NCBI GenBank assembly: GCA_026770705.1
Contig: JANJGN010000052.1
Coordinates: forward strand, 1,550,001 to 1,614,000
Direction: 5' to 3'
DNA length: 64,000 nt
Source of the DNA: Isurus oxyrinchus
Lineage: Eukaryota
Shown one piece after another: positions 63,203-64,000 of the stretch (its first letter is position 1; each line of letters begins with the position of its first letter). Under the pieces are notes generated by a model. That model searched no databases and was not told the origin of the DNA. It saw only the letters and a list, made by a program, of their open reading frames with translations. Position numbers and translations under genes: made by a program.

Positions 63203-63896
63203 CTGTGTATTTAATTAGAAAGGGTGGATGTGTCTCTGTGAGTCAAATCAGGAATTGGGGAACAATTGTGAAAACCCTTTCACTGAAATGTAGGGCCTTA
63301 GTGTTGTGTTGTAAGCAAACTGTTAACCCTTTGTGTCCTGACTCTGTGACGTGATTCCTGTGTAAAGCTGAGCAGTCGTTGAGCGACTTTCAATTCACTG
63401 CTCAGTCCAGATGTTGAGGTCGATCTTCTGAAGGAGCAGATGTTGCTCAGCACTCCTTAAAAATGTCAGATACTGAACATTGTGTAAGAGGACAAGAGAG
63501 AGAATGAGAAGGAGAGAATTATTGGAGATTGGAGAGAGAGTGAATGAGAGAGAGAGAATGAGAAGAGAGCATTAGTGGAGATAAGAGAGAGTGAATGAAA
63601 CATGGAAAATGGAAAGAGATTGCATTGAAAGGTTTTCATTTATATAGCACCTTTCACATCCTCAGGAGGTCACAATGTATTTTATGGTCCGGGTCAACAC
63701 TGCCTGTTACAGGACTGAGTTGTGAAACAGTGAAAGGTGGATGAGATGTTAAACAGTGAGTGAACATCAAAGCTCTTCAGGGGCTGTGAAGGGTTTTGGA
63801 TGGTAAAAGGTGCTATTGAAATGCAAGTTCTTTCTATAAGGAGAGAAGGTTGAAGAAAAAATGTTTGAAATCAACCAATTAAACCTTCGCACTTAC

Positions 63897-63993
63897 TTTC
63901 TCACACGCTTGGAGATGAAGAATCCACTCAGTCCAACACTCAAACAGATTCCAGCTCCAAACAATCCTGCTTTCCATTCATTGGAATCTCGCC
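63897..63993 (-). CDS. Transmembrane exon of the upstream receptor (RDSNEWKAGLFGAGICLSVGLSGFFISKRVRK); ectodomain lies beyond the window
   Basis: tttacag| acceptor, phase 1 in; hydrophobic segment followed by basic KRVRK; AA|gtaagt donor. Confidence 0.78.
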
Positions 63994-64000
63994 CTGTAAA

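Overview
Repeat-rich vertebrate genomic DNA, most likely from a cartilaginous fish (DeuSINE/SacSINE1-like SINEs, CR1/HER1-like and L2 LINEs, shark-type minisatellites). Most ORF-track entries are repeat artefacts; the real genes are spliced. (1) A three-exon hepcidin (HAMP)-like gene on + (13521-13612, 16529-16585, 18893-19009), too short for the ORF track to capture as a gene. It has a TATA box, a GGCGCC BMP-response-like element and C/EBP-like sites. The predicted 8-Cys mature peptide is atypical (no N-terminal His, 8-residue loop with an N-glycosylation sequon), and exon 1 appears to lack one base. (2) A minus-strand tandem cluster of Siglec/MAG-like receptors. Unit A (~25.2-39.5 kb) gives an intact leader-V-C2-TM receptor with an Arg in the transmembrane helix, a tyrosine-free 12-aa tail and Ser in place of the sialic-acid-binding Arg. 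Unit B (~40.9-57.1 kb) has a frameshifted C2 exon. Each unit carries a second, stop-containing V exon. An orphan promoter/leader unit C follows, then the TM and tyrosine-motif tail exons of another receptor at 61.2-64.0 kb. (3) A plus-strand Siglec/MAG-like pseudogene fused to a Gypsy remnant at 6.8-9.1 kb. All coordinates were read by eye; no database searches were run.
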